From NCBI GenBank assembly GCA_050613775.1, contig JBODTK010000132.1:186001-250000 (forward strand): a stretch of DNA of 64,000 nt, in the 5' to 3' direction. Position 1 is the first letter of the stretch. Each line of letters starts with the position of its first letter. Source of the DNA: Neocallimastix sp. 'constans'. Taxonomy: Eukaryota. Shown piece after piece: positions 1 to 13,049 of the stretch. The position numbers and the translations under genes are program-made. The notes beneath the pieces are model-generated. The model was not told the DNA's origin and made no database searches. It worked only from the letters and a program-made list of their open reading frames with translations.

Positions 1-3000
1 TCATTAGTGTTATTTGAAATTATTGAATTATTTGAAAATTTTTTGATATGATATGAATGTGATTTTGCTTCAGCCAATAGATTTTCTTGAATTTTTTCAT
101 CATTTTTTGAAAAATTTTTATTATTAAAATTTTTTTTCATATTATTATTATTTATTGTAAAATTCTGTAAATTTTGGCTTGATTTTTCATTATTTAAAAA
201 TATTTTATTTTTATCAAAATTTTCAAATTCGGTTATTTTTTCTTTTCCTTTGTTCCTGCTGGAAGTTGAGGCGGCGTAAGCAGGATCTTCTGGTTTATAT
301 TTTTCAATAATGTTAGAATTAAAATTGGTATTCTTAATATTATTTCTAAACTTTTTATTATAATTTTTATTTATTATTTCTAAATTTCTATTTATCTCAT
401 TCAAATAATTATTTTCAGAATTATTTTTGTCAACATTGTTGAAATTGAATTTCAATTTAAATTCGCAATTATTTTTATTTTTAATTTCAGGATTAATTTT
501 AGAATTAATTTCAACATCTTTATTTAAATTATGGTTATTTTTCTGGTTTATATCTTTATTATCAAATTCTTGATTTTCTTCATTTAACGATATATTATTG
601 ACATGCTTATTTTTAATGTAATTACTTTTATGTTCTGTATTAGTAGTCCTTTCATTATTAATATTTTCATTTAAAATGTTTTCTTCATTTAAGATGTTTC
701 TTCCATTAAAATTATTTTCATTGTTCATATTATTATCTTCATTTATATTATTATCTTCATTTATATTATTATCTTCATTTATAATATTATCTTCTGGATT
801 CATATCTTTTCTATTGTTGTCTTTCATAAACGAGAAGTAAGAGTCTTTATAATTGCTTGTTTCGTATTTGTGTTTACTAGGCTCTTCTTCAACGAATTCT
901 ACATCGTTAGTATAATGTATTTTATTATTTTCAATATCCATGATAATATATGAATATTTTTTATCATCAAATCCCAAGAATACGCCCTTCTTAGCATTTG
1001 GTAAAAATTTTGATTTGTGTTGTGTATCATCCCTGTAATAACACACACAACCAAAGGTTTTTAAATGTTTTAACTCTACCTTTTTGTTGTAAAATACTTC
1101 ATTGGGTATTAAAAATTTATTTCCTGAATGGGGAATTAAGTTATATATGTAGCATGCCTGTTTTATGGCGAAATTCCAAAAGTTTTCTGATAATTCTGCC
1201 CAATATAGAAGAGTTTTAGCTGAATTTCTAAGAGTTCTGTTTATTCTTTCAGCTTTTCCATTAACTTCAGGACAACCTGGAGGAGAATAGGTTTTTTCTA
1301 TTCCATTTTCTTTACAGTATTTATTAACTGTTTTATTTTTAAATTCCTTTCCTCCATCTGATTTAAATATTTTAATATTATATTCTTCAAATTGGTTATT
1401 TAAGTACTTGAAGAATTCCACAATTAATTCGGGGGCTTCGGCTTTAGATTTTAAAGTATATATCCATACTTTTCTTGAGAATTCATCCATGAATGTAATA
1501 AAGTATTTTTTATTATTGATAGATGAATTGTATGGACCTGAAATGTCTGAATGTATTATTTCTAATATTTTCGTAGCTTTTGGTGTTTTTCCTCCGTGTG
1601 ATTTCCTTGACATTTTAGCTACTTTACATTCTATGCATTTAGGAGTTTTTATTTGGTGTAAACTTAGATATTTGTTTATGTTTTCTAGGTAATAATGACC
1701 TAGTCTTCTATGCCAAATTTCAAGGCTTTTTTCATCAACTTCGTTTAAAGCCATAATATTTTTATCCTTTTCTTCAAAGTTTTTATTAATCTTGTAAGTA
1801 TTTACTAAGAATTGATTATCATTTGTAGAATAATAAGTTCCTATATATACATTATTTGGACCCCATAAGTTAAATCTACCACGTGTATAATCATCAGTGT
1901 CAATAATGACTCTATATCCTATTTTGGCCAGTTCTATTCCACTAATAAGATTTTTAGTTGCAGATTTTGAATATAATACCTTGTCTAGTCGTAAATATAT
2001 TCCATTAATGTAACATTCGTAAGTACCATATCCTTCGAAGCTACACATTGTCCCATTGGCACATCTTAACTTTATTTTGCAGTGAATAAAATTATTTAGC
2101 AAATTAAAATCATTAGTTATATGTTCTCCAGCACCAGTATCATATAACCATTCACTAGTCTTATCATTTTCTTCATAATAATTGATGTTGTTTACATATA
2201 ATTCCTCTTTTTTATTAGGAATTGTTATCTCCTTTGGAATAATAAAACTATCATTCACGTATTCAATTAATCCAGAAAATTTAACCTTATTGTCAATGTT
2301 TATTTCTTCTTGTTTTTCTATCAGTGCCCTTGCGTCTTCAAAATCAAAATTATCGTCATAACTACTGGCACTGTCTGGATCAGAAATTTTACTTATTAAA
2401 TGTAAAGACTTCTTTGGATGATCATTTAATGTGGTCTTTACTTGAAGCTTTTCTTGCCTCCCTTTATTATGATTTGACTTCGTCTTCATATTATATATGC
2501 AGTTTCTGGTAGAGTGTCCTTTAACTTCACAAATGTGACAATATGATTTATTATTATTGTCTTTGTTACTATTATCTTTATTATTATTGTTATATTGGTT
2601 ACCATTTTGCTTTCCTCTTTTCTTAGAGTTAGAGCTTTTGTTATTATGGTTGTTGTGTTCATTTTTCTTTGAGGAATTACTAGTTCTTCTTCCTCTACTG
2701 ATAAAATCTAGATCCATTGGATCATCTTTTTCAATGGTTTTGTTATCTTCCCAATTTTCTAGGTAAGATTTTGCATAAATAAAACTTTTGAGATTATTAA
2801 TATATACATTAGGGTCACTATTCAAATTAATTTGAATGATATTTTTATAATCATCCGGTAGTACGTTATAGAGATATTTTAATTTTTCCTTATCAGTGAT
2901 CTCCACATGTTGTTCTTCCATATCATCGAAAGTTTCTTTCATAAGTTCTAGCTTTTCGATGATTTGATTTCTATCTCTGGCTTTAATACTTCTTAATCTT

Positions 3001-3506
3001 TTAAGCCAGTATTCCATATCAGCATTTGAATTTCCATATTTTGATTTGAGTCTTTCCATTATACGGAAACCATTATTAAGTCTGCTGATTTCTCTTAAAA
3101 CAGAATCATCGACATTCTTACTGATCATGAGTATCATGTCAGCATCGATCCTTTCTGCTTCCTCAACTAATCTGATATGATTAAGAGGATTACCAAAAAA
3201 GTTAGTTAGCTGAGTATTGATATCAACATTATTGTTTCGATTAACCTCAGCATTATTGTTTCGAATAGGTTCGGCAGGAGCTTGCGGTAACATTTTGGTA
3301 ATTAATTTAGTAATTACCTTGTTGATAACATCGTTGACATTGGGGTTGTAATCAAAACCTACATCATTAAGTTTTCCAACGACGTCGACTTCCATGAATT
3401 CCTTAATACCTTGACGTTTAGCGGCATTGTCAATAAGGAATTTCCACTCATTAAAGTTGGATTTTCCATGGAGGCGTTGGTCCTTAGCTAAGTTAAAGTC
3501 TTGCAT
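1..3506 (-). CDS. Copia gag-pol polyprotein, about 1168 codons visible, open to the window edge
   Basis: Manual translation from the ATG at 3506: MQDFNLAKDQRLHGKSNFNEWKF (copia gag N-terminus); zinc knuckle CHICEVKGHSTRNC (~2498-2540); protease WLYDTGAGEH (~2120-2150); IWHRRLGH...CIEC (~1625-1717); integrase IHSDISGP, FKSDGGKEF, PEVNGKAERINRT; KGVFLGFD (~965-990). The motifs checked share one frame. It is absent from the ORF track, consistent with no stop inside the window. Confidence 0.93.
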   Translation of the reverse strand, partial: MQDFNLAKDQRLHGKSNFNEWKFLIDNAAKRQGIKEFMEVDVVGKLNDVGFDYNPNVNDVINKVITKLITKMLPQAPAEPIRNNNAEVNRNNNVDINTQLTNFFGNPLNHIRLVEEAERIDADMILMISKNVDDSVLREISRLNNGFRIMERLKSKYGNSNADMEYWLKRLRSIKARDRNQIIEKLELMKETFDDMEEQHVEITDKEKLKYLYNVLPDDYKNIIQINLNSDPNVYINNLKSFIYAKSYLENWEDNKTIEKDDPMDLDFISRGRRTSNSSKKNEHNNHNNKSSNSKKRGKQNGNQYNNNNKDNSNKDNNNKSYCHICEVKGHSTRNCIYNMKTKSNHNKGRQEKLQVKTTLNDHPKKSLHLISKISDPDSASSYDDNFDFEDARALIEKQEEINIDNKVKFSGLIEYVNDSFIIPKEITIPNKKEELYVNNINYYEENDKTSEWLYDTGAGEHITNDFNLLNNFIHCKIKLRCANGTMCSFEGYGTYECYINGIYLRLDKVLYSKSATKNLISGIELAKIGYRVIIDTDDYTRGRFNLWGPNNVYIGTYYSTNDNQFLVNTYKINKNFEEKDKNIMALNEVDEKSLEIWHRRLGHYYLENINKYLSLHQIKTPKCIECKVAKMSRKSHGGKTPKATKILEIIHSDISGPYNSSINNKKYFITFMDEFSRKVWIYTLKSKAEAPELIVEFFKYLNNQFEEYNIKIFKSDGGKEFKNKTVNKYCKENGIEKTYSPPGCPEVNGKAERINRTLRNSAKTLLYWAELSENFWNFAIKQACYIYNLIPHSGNKFLIPNEVFYNKKVELKHLKTFGCVCYYRDDTQHKSKFLPNAKKGVFLGFDDKKYSYIIMDIENNKIHYTNDVEFVEEEPSKHKYETSNYKDSYFSFMKDNNRKDMNPEDNIINEDNNINEDNNINEDNNMNNENNFNGRNILNEENILNENINNERTTNTEHKSNYIKNKHVNNISLNEENQEFDNKDINQKNNHNLNKDVEINSKINPEIKNKNNCEFKLKFNFNNVDKNNSENNYLNEINRNLEIINKNYNKKFRNNIKNTNFNSNIIEKYKPEDPAYAASTSSRNKGKEKITEFENFDKNKIFLNNEKSSQNLQNFTINNNNMKKNFNNKNFSKNDEKIQENLLAEAKSHSYHIKKFSNNSIISNNTN

Positions 3507-3567
3507 GATTTCGGAGCGGTGAAGCGAATTAATTAAGTACTTTTAATAATAAATAATATGAGTCAAC

Positions 3568-3581
3568 TGAGACTCTTAATC
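3568..3581 (-). promoter_or_regulatory. Primer-binding site complementary to the anticodon stem-loop of tRNA-Lys(CUU)
   Basis: The plus strand reads TGAGACTCTTAATC, the same as positions 27-40 of the canonical eukaryotic tRNA-Lys(CUU) recalled from memory (TGAGA CT CTT AA TC). It lies immediately 3' of the LTR's terminal CA. Confidence 0.8.
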
Positions 3582-3901
3582 TGTTAGCTTTATTAAATTT
3601 AGATCTATAATAATATTCCTTATGGAATATGGTATACAAGGGAAATAAGTGTATGATCTATCTTTCAGCTTTAAATAAGTAATAAAGTCACATGTTACAA
3701 CATGCGTTTTCCATAACATAAAATAAATTAAAAATTAATTAAATAAATATTAAAAGATAATTAACATAGATTTATACAAGACGATAGATCATAATACATT
3801 TAAGTAATCATTAAATATAAATAAATAAATACACATAAATATAAATAAATACTATAAATAAATAAATTAAATATATAGTTAAATTATGAGTGCAGTCAAC
3901 A
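3582..3901 (-). repeat. 5' LTR (~320 bp) of the copia element
   Basis: Minus strand starts TGTTGAC (3901) and ends CTAACA (3582), giving TGTT...AACA inverted ends. It directly abuts a tRNA-complementary PBS. The second LTR is not in the window. Confidence 0.8.
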
Positions 3902-3904
3902 CTT

Positions 3905-4370
3905 ATTATTAATTTATTAAATTATTTATTATTCATTATTCATTATTTAATAATTATAAATTATTATTATTTATTATTTATTATTTATTATTTATTATTT
4001 ATTATTATTCAATTATTTATTATTCAATTATTTATTATTTATTATTTATTATTTATTATTTATTATTATTCAATTATTTATTATTTATTATTTATTATTT
4101 ATTATTTATTATTTATTATTTATTATTTATTATTATTTATTATTTATTATTTATTATTTATTATTTATTATTTATTATTTATTATTTATTATTTATTATT
4201 ATTTATTTATTATTTATTTATTATTTATTATTTATTATTTATTATTTATTACTTATTATTTATTATTTATTATTATTTATTTATTATTTATTATTTATTA
4301 TTTATTATTATTTATTAATTATTTATTATTTATTATTTATTATTTATTATTTATTTATTATTTATTTTAA
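3905..4370. repeat. Degenerate (TTATTTA)n microsatellite
   Basis: Direct reading. It produces the spurious 142-aa ORF 3890-4318. Confidence 0.9.
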
Positions 4371-5510
4371 TTATTACTAATTAAAATTAATACTACAAAA
4401 TGTAAATTTTAAAAAGCAGTAGTAATATTTCTATTTATATTTGTGTATTAAAAAAATGAACAGTATAAAAAGGAGAATAGTTGATAATTCTAATTGTAAT
4501 GGCTTTTTTAAAAAACTTTATTAAATATTTAAAATAATTGAAATTAAATATAAATAACTAAAATTAATTACTAACGGAGAAAATAAATTTTAAACACTTT
4601 TTTCAATTAATTTATTATTAATTAAATTATTTTTAATTTATTAAAAAAAAGTATAAAAAAAAAAAAAAAAAAAGAAATGAAATAGTGAATTATTAATTAA
4701 AATAAAATAAAATAGAATAGAATTAAAAGAAAAGTACCACAAAATCGAATGTATAAATGATACATTAAATAAGGTAAAAAATATTACATAATTATCATAA
4801 TTGTTTAAATATTTATACTGTTTTATATTTAAATTATTTTTTTTATTAAATTAATGAAGTAATTTGATAATATTATTTAATAAAACAAATTATTGTTTTT
4901 ATAAAAAAAATTTTAGTTAATGAATATAGATATACTTTTAATTTTGCTCTTTTTTTTTTTTTTTTTATTTTATCTTTAATAAAAATATATCCATTGTTAT
5001 ATATATATTTAATACGCATTATTATTGTTATTTTTGTTATTTTTGTTAATTTTTTATTGTTATTTATTATTTATTGCTATTTATTACCTTTTTATACTAA
5101 TAAATAATTACTGACAATAATTTATTTTTATTTAATTAATTTTTTTATTATAACAAAAAATAAAAATTAATATACTACTACTATTCCATTCTTGATAATT
5201 TTATGCTAAAAATTAAACTTTTTTAATTATATATATAGCTTTTATAAATTGCTTTCATATATGGTAATTGTTATATTTAATTAAATAAATGGATATTAAA
5301 AATTAATCAAGCAATATTAATTTTATTTACATGTTTATATATATATATATATATATAAGAAAAAAATTATAATTATATTTTATATATAAAACACCTTAAG
5401 AGTTTTAATTATTATTACTATATATATATTGGTGTTAATTTTATTATATTTTCAATAAAATATAATAGATAAATAATAATTATTATAATAAATAATGCTT
5501 TAATAGTGCA

Positions 5511-5547
<37 letters not shown>

Positions 5548-5586
5548 TTCTCTATAAAAAGGAAATTTTAACCATAAATTAAGCCA

Positions 5587-8500
5587 TTATAGTAAACCAT
5601 CTGTCTGATTTTGTATATATGTTAAAAAGGCTTTACTTTTCTTTTCAACCTATATTAATAATTGTATATATATAAATGAAAATAAAATAAAACAAAAATT
5701 TTTAATATGTATATTAATTACAGTATAAAATCAATTAATTAATTTATTTATTACCTCTTTAAATTTATTTTGATGTTTTTCAATTTCTTTCTCATATTGG
5801 TTTCTTATAATAAAGATTTTTAGAAGAAATTTATTATAAGAAATAAATTAATTATTATTATATAATAAGAAAATAGAAATAATTATTTGTTAAAATTATT
5901 AATATTCATAAATTATATTCTAAGTTTTAGTTTAATAAAAATGTAATTTATATTAATTTATTATTTATTTATTTATTTATTTATTTATTCATTTATTTAT
6001 TTATTTATTTATTTTTTTTTTTTTTTAGTTTATTTTTTATTAATTACTTTAGTTTTTGTATATTTTGTTCCAGTTCTATTATTTGCGCTTTATATTCTTG
6101 AATTTTTTTATCTTGATTTTCAATTTTTTGAACTAAACCTTTATATTTCTATATTAATTTAATAAAGTCAAAATTTAAATTAATAAATGTAATATATAAA
6201 TATAAATTATTATAATTATGTAATTTTATTTGATTAATAATGAAATATATAGTAATATCAAAATATAGAAGTAATTTAAGATTTTTAATCTTATTTATCT
6301 ATTTATGAATTTTACATTTTCATTATGTAGCTCCTGTTTCTCAAGTTTTTCCATTAAATTTTTATTTTTTTTTACATATTCTATTATATCTTTTTCATAT
6401 TTATTTTGAATATTTTCTAATGAATTCTTTTATTATAATTATTATTATTATTATTATTATTTGTATTAGTATTAGTATTTTCAAACAAAAAAAATAATAA
6501 ATTAATAATAATAATAATTGTAAAAGTAATAATAATAGTAAAAGTTATAATAATAATGATGGTAATAATAATAGTAAAAGTAATAATAAAAGTTAATACT
6601 AATAGTTAATATATATATTTTATTAATAAATAATAGATAAATAATAAACATTATAACAATTTGATATATATTAATTTAAGTTACCTTATATTCTTGACCT
6701 ATTTTCTTAAGTTTCATTAATTCCTTTTGAAATTTTTTTTTAATTAAAATTTTTTCTTGATTATTCAATTCTATTTGTTGTTCTAAATTTGAATTTTTTT
6801 TCCTATAAAAAAAAATAAATATATATATATATATATATATTTAATTTTAATCTATTTAAAAATTGTAAATGAAATAATATTATATTTTAGTTATTATAGT
6901 ACTGTAATATTTCATTTTGTATTCTTGTTGAATCATTTGTGCCTTCCAACTCTTTTAATTTTTTATTAGCTTCATCTCTATTAATTTTAAGTATGTCTTT
7001 TTCATTTTCTATTTCACTTAATTTCTTCTTTAAATTTAATTTTTCGGATTCTAATCTTGAATTTTCTATTGTTGCTTCCTGTTTCTCTCTAATAGCAATT
7101 TCTTTATCCTTTTCAATCATGATAATATGATATATTAAATTTACATATAAATTTTATGTTGAATTTACAATGAATGATTGATTAATATTTTATATTTTAT
7201 ATTTTATATTAATACCAAAATCTAATTGAAAATTTAAATTTTTAAATTATAGTTACTTTTTCTTTTTCAGATTTTAAATTATGTATTTCAATTTCATAAT
7301 TCTGTTTTTGTTGTATCATTTCTTTTTTTGTTTTTATAAGCTTAAAAATTATTTATATAATAGTAAAATATATGTATATAAATAAAACTAAAAAAAAAAA
7401 AATTTTTATATTAATTATTATAGTAAATTGATTATTATTTATTAACATTTACCTCAGCTTGGGTATCATTATACATTTTTAAATTTTTTTTATTTTCTTT
7501 ATCTAAGTTTTTCAATTTTTGAGTAGTTCCTTCATTTAATACCTCGAATTGAATCCTTAAATCATCTATAATTTTATCTTTATTTTGTAATGTACTAAAT
7601 AAAAAAATTTTTTTTTAAATTATTCAATAATAATAATAATAATATCATATTAATATATATTTATAAAAACAGTATTATTGTTAAAGAAGATATTTAAAAC
7701 ATAAAAAAAATAAAATACCTTTCATATAATGAACACTTGTGAATAATATCTGATATTTGTGAATCGATTTTTGATTTTTCAGAAATAACTCTCATTTTTA
7801 TTGTACTTATTTCTAAACTAATATAATTACGAATTTATTTATATTTTATATCATTTTATTTTACGTTTGATTATATGAAAAAAAAAAAAAAAAAGTAAAT
7901 ATATATATAATTATATTAATTACTAAATATAATATAAATTATAGTATAATAATGAATATTACTTATGCTTATGAGTAGTTTCTTCAATTTTCATTTTGAA
8001 TTCAGTTATTTGATTATTTAAATTATTGATTTCTTTTATTTTCTTATTATATTCTTCTTGCATTTTTTTTATTCGTTTATTTTGCTCATTTAACTATTTA
8101 AATGTAGTTTAAATATAATTAGATAATGAATATTTTTTTATTTTATCTTTTTTTTTTTTTTTAATTATTTAATTCTTTTATTTATTCATTTTATATTTTA
8201 AATTATATATTCCTATGTTATATTTTGATTCTTCTTATTACTTTCTCTTTCAGTTCTACATTTTCTCTTTTTATATAGTTGATATTATCATAATACTTAT
8301 TTTCTGTGACAGGTGTTGAACTTTGACTTGATATATATGAATTTTCAATAGAAAACATACTGTTATCTTTCGTTACACTAATTTCATCATAAATTGAATA
8401 GTTACTATTTAATTCTATTTTTCTAATATTCTTATTATTATAAGGATTAGAATTCAAAGAAATTTTCTTAATAATATCATTATATCCCATAGATGATAAA

Positions 8501-9112
8501 TTGGATATCTTTTTTTTCATTTTTTCATATCGATTCAGTAGATCATCGTCTTCATCTTAGTTTAATTATATATATATATATGTATATTTAAAATATTATA
8601 AAAACAGAAAATATTTATACTTTTTTTATTAAAAAAAAAAGAAAAAAAATAAATATAATGGTTTGAGTTACCTTGTTCATATGAAAACGAAGTATCATTT
8701 TGATCTTTAATTTCATTTTTAATATATACTACCGTATCATTATTGATATTTTCATTAATTTGATTTGATTCAATATAGTCTATTATTTGATTATATGAAT
8801 TATTGGCTTGAATTTTGCAATTTTTTAATTCATTGTCATTATTTGATAATATATTATTCCAATCAGTTATATCATTATTATATTTAAATAAATATTTGGA
8901 TTGGATATCATCATTAGAAAAACGAATATTTGAAATATTATTATCCACAGGTGTATTATTAATATTTTTATTTTGAGTTTCTTGATTAGTACTTATTGTA
9001 TTATTAATTTCAATATTTTTAGACTTATTACTATTATAATTATTATTATTAGTTTTGTTGTTTTTATTTTTATTTTTATTATTATTATTATTATCACTTT
9101 TATTAATATCAC

Positions 9113-9146
<34 letters not shown>

Positions 9147-10154
9147 ACTATTAATATTAGTATTATTATCGTTGTTACTATTAATACTATTGCAATTGTT
9201 ATTGATTAACCTTATATTATTTGTATTTTCATTTGATTTATTGTTATCCTCCTCATTAATAGTTTCTTTTTTTTCTTGTTGATTATCCTTGTTCATATCA
9301 TTATCATTAGTATTATTTTCTTTTGTCGAATTTTCCTTATTAAAATTACATTTTTTATCTATGTCATTATTTCTATCATTAACGTTGCTTTTATCAGTAG
9401 AAAAAATAGTATTACTATTACTATTACTATTACTTTTACTATTATTATTAGCATAGTTGTTATCATTGTTGTTATTGTTAGTATTAGTTGAATTAGTAGT
9501 ATTAGAATTAGAAGCATTACTAGTTGTAGTTGTAGTAGTAGTGGTAATAGTTGAAGTAGTATAATCATCATCATTAGTAGTAAAAGTAGTAGTATTAGTT
9601 GAGGTATATTCTTCATTATTATTACTATCACTATTATTAGTAGTATTGTTATTATTACTGATATTGCTACTATTATCATTAATATATTCTATTTCTTCAT
9701 TGATACTTTCATATTCATCATCTGGCAATAATCCTTCTAATGCATTATGAAAGTCTTCATATTTTTTTTCCTCTATTTTTCTCTGCTTATTTGAAGTAAT
9801 TTCATTTATTGAAGCATTTTTTACATTTGGAGTCGAATTCTCTATTGTTATATTATCATTGATATTTACTATTTTATCTTTTTCATTCTAATAAATTGAA
9901 TCATTGCCAAAAAAAAAAAAAAAAAAAAAAAAAGAAAAAAAATTTTTAACATTTAAAATTCATTAATTTGTTTTAAATTTATATGAAAAGTATGGTTTCT
10001 ATGTATATATATTTGATATAAAAAAAATTATTTTTCTTTTTTTTGATAAATATTTATATTCAGGTTTGCTTACATATTTTTTTTCATTGAAAGAAATATT
10101 TTGTAAAGCTTCATCTAATTTGTTATTTGAATTATTCTCCACATCCTTATTCAT
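5587..10154 (-). CDS. Multi-exon gene: long Asn/Thr low-complexity N-terminal region and K/E-rich coiled-coil C-terminus; function unknown
   Basis: ATG at 10154 (MNKDVENNSNNKLDEALQ), exon 10074-10154, in-frame exon 8672-9887, exon ~8240-8556, then several short K/E-rich exons with GT-AG ends (including ORF 6887-7120). The last exon ends ...KKSKAFLTYIQNQTDGLL with the stop at 5587. Not all internal junctions were resolved. Confidence 0.7.
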
Positions 10155-10984
10155 ATCAAAATATATAAAATTATATACAATAAAGCATATATATAAAAGT
10201 ATTTTTGATAAGTATTAAAAAAGTTTTAAAACTTATGGAAAATAGTTTATATTTCATTATATGAACTTAATGAACAATATTTCTTTTTCTTTTTCTTTTT
10301 TTTTTCTTACATCAAAAAAAATGTTTTTTTTAAGGGTATTTGGGAATACACTTTTTAATTCTTTTATATCGTTATTTTCTGAAAGGCTATAAATATATAT
10401 ATTTTAATATCTAATTAATATATTATGAATTTTAGAATAATATAATATATAAAAAGTATAAGCATACTTTGGAAATATCATTTTTAATAATATATTATTT
10501 TTTATTATTATAATCTTATAAATAATTTAATTAAAATGTATTATATAATTTTTTTTTCTTTGTTTCAATTTTCAAAAATAAAAAAAAAAAAAAAAGAAAG
10601 ATAAAAAATATTATTAAAACATTATAATAATAAATAATAAACTAATAAACTTCATGAATGTAATGAAAAAAGAAAAATAACTATAATAAACTTTTTTGTA
10701 ATTTTATTATTATTTAAAATACTATTTTTTTTTTTTTTTTTTCAATTATATATATTGAAATATATAGTTTTAAAGTTTTACTTATTTATTCAATGATCAA
10801 CATATATTAATATTAATTAATCCTATATTATTTAATTCTTTCTTTTTTTTTATTTTGTTATTATACAATATATTTTGATTCATTTTTATGTTATAATTAA
10901 CTTTTTTTTTTTTTTATTTATCTAATTATTTTACTATTTATTTATAAAATTATTCATTTTTTATTCATTTATTTAACAAACTAT

Positions 10985-11110
10985 CTATATTTATTTATTT
11001 ATTTATTTGTTGATTTATTTATTTATTTATTATTTGTTGATTTATTTATTTATTTATTATTTGTTGATTTATTTATTTATTTATTATTTGTTGATTTATT
11101 TATTTATTTT
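10985..11110. repeat. Minisatellite of about 24 bp (TTTATTTATTTATTATTTGTTGA-like), about 4 copies
   Basis: Direct reading. Confidence 0.7.
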
Positions 11111-11514
11111 TTATTTATTTATTTATATATTTATTTGTTTATTTATTTAAAATTAAATTTTTATTTTATATAAAGTTTATAAAGTTTAAACTTTTATTAC
11201 TCCAAAAATAATATAAACTTACTTTGATAATTAGAACTATTATTGTAGCAGCAGTTGTATTAAACCAATCTAATTATTCATTAGATCTAATACTGATATG
11301 ATCCAAATATGTCAACTTATAAAGTTAAATAATTTCTTATTATATATAAATATTATATAAATTCATTTTTATATTAATCATTTAAATTTACTTATAAAAT
11401 TAAATAAATAAATAATTTTTATATATAAATCAATTATAATGAAAAATTATAAGCTATAATTAATATTAAATTTGTAGTTTTTAAATTATAAATTTAATAC
11501 TTATTTAAATAAAA

Positions 11515-11695
11515 CATTCATTAATATCAATATTTATAAATTTTGAAGTATATAACATTAATATTGATGTTAATAAAATTAAAACTATATCATATTAATA
11601 TTGATATTTATAATATTAAAATTTTAATTATATAATTTTATTGTTGATATTAATAAAATTTGAACCATTGTTATTTGGAATGGTTTTAGTTATAA
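11515..11695. repeat. Dispersed repeat, copy 1 (copy 2 at ~31718-31895)
   Basis: Shared blocks CATTCATTAATAT..AT..ATAAATTTTGA, ACTATATCATATT and TAATAAAATTTGAACCATT...GGAATG.TTTTAGTTATAA. Confidence 0.65.
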
Positions 11696-12049
11696 TTTTA
11701 AAAAATAACTAAAAAATAATTTCTAATAAGATTACTTTAAATATATAATTTTAATTTAAAAAAGGTTAGAAAAATACTAATTTATAATAAATTTGTATTT
11801 TTATTATTTAAATTAATTAAACAATTATACTATAATTATATTATTTTTTTATAACCATTACAAATTAATTCTTTTTTTTTATATTTCTGTAATTTTTAAT
11901 TAAAATATTGATTTCATTAGTTCTTTTAATTACTCTTTTTTTTTTTTTTTTTTCAAAATTAAAATATTACATTACTAATATTTCAACACCGATCTTCCAT
12001 CTTCCTGATTAACAAAGGAATAAGTGCTCTGCTCTAATACTAAATATTT

Positions 12050-12708
12050 CATGTTTATTAATTTTTAATAACTATTTATTTATTTTGAGTGTCTTTTTAT
12101 TGGAACATCTCATTTTCTGTTATATTTTCTAATGTTTTTTCATAATACCAAATACAGTATTTGATATTTGTATTAGGAAAAAAAAATCTTTTTATGAAGT
12201 ATTAGATATATCTTTTTCAAAATTAAAATGTAAATTAATTATCATAATTACAATATTGTTACTAAATTTATTAGTATCATTCTTTATTTCTTTAAATAAT
12301 ACCTCATAAGTAGCTTGTTTCCAATTTTTTAATATAGAAAAACAAGAAATATAAAAATCAATTTAACTCTGGAACATAGTTACTTATTATAAATATTTGA
12401 TAACTAAATTTTAGTGTTACATAGAATGTACCAATGGCAAATATATACCTTTATTATCATTATATGCAAAGAGTTTTTCTTGGAATAGGGATTAATTTAA
12501 TTTGTAAATGAAGATTTTTGAATATCATAAAATCCTCACCTCTTTTTGTTCTATAATAATATTCTGATACATCAGGAATTTCATCAAATGTTGATATATC
12601 AAGATTTAATCATTTATTTATAATTCTTGTTATTTATTATCATTTAAATTAATGAAAGATTTACAATTATTTAATGTTGTATATTAAGTACATCAATATA
12701 TTTTTGAA

Positions 12709-12749
<41 letters not shown>

Positions 12750-12830
12750 TGAAAATTGATAGTTATATTTTTTTATTAATATTAATTTGTTCTTTTCCTT
12801 GAGTAATTTCAAGTTTTTATGTTTTCATCC
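12050..12830 (-). pseudogene. Degenerate Mutator/MULE DDE transposase
   Basis: Minus-strand fragments TKRGEDFMI, IFAIGTFY (cf. F-x-DGTF) and FPNTNIKYCIWYYEKTLE, with many stops and frameshifts. Same family as 37440-38060. Confidence 0.7.
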
Positions 12831-13049
12831 ATTTTTAATTAAATTAATTTTAATTAAATTTTCAAATAAGTATATTTATAGGATACATAAACAATAATAA
12901 AACTAATTTAAAAATAAAAAAAAAAAAAGATTATATTTCAATTCATAATAGAAATAATAATTAGATCTGAAGTGCTTATTCTTAATAATACAGAAACGTA
13001 TACTGTATGGACTTCCAGAGAAAAAATTCTTTTTTGATGGTGATAGTGG

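Larger units (their letters stand above)
1..3901 (-). mobile_element. Ty1/copia LTR retrotransposon, 5' part (5' LTR, PBS, gag, protease, integrase); RT/RNaseH and 3' LTR lie off the left edge
   Basis: Order on the minus strand is LTR, PBS, gag, PR, IN, with integrase before RT as in copia elements. Motifs are listed under the gag-pol CDS. Confidence 0.95.

Noticed and set aside
998..2766. Four short plus-strand ORFs
   Set aside because: Antisense shadows of the copia gag-pol frame.
3568..3582. Possible tRNA-Lys gene
   Set aside because: Only the anticodon arm matches, with no D arm, T arm or acceptor stem; it is explained as a PBS.
3890..4318. 142-aa hydrophobic ORF (YYLLFII repeats)
   Set aside because: Translation of a (TTATTTA)n microsatellite.
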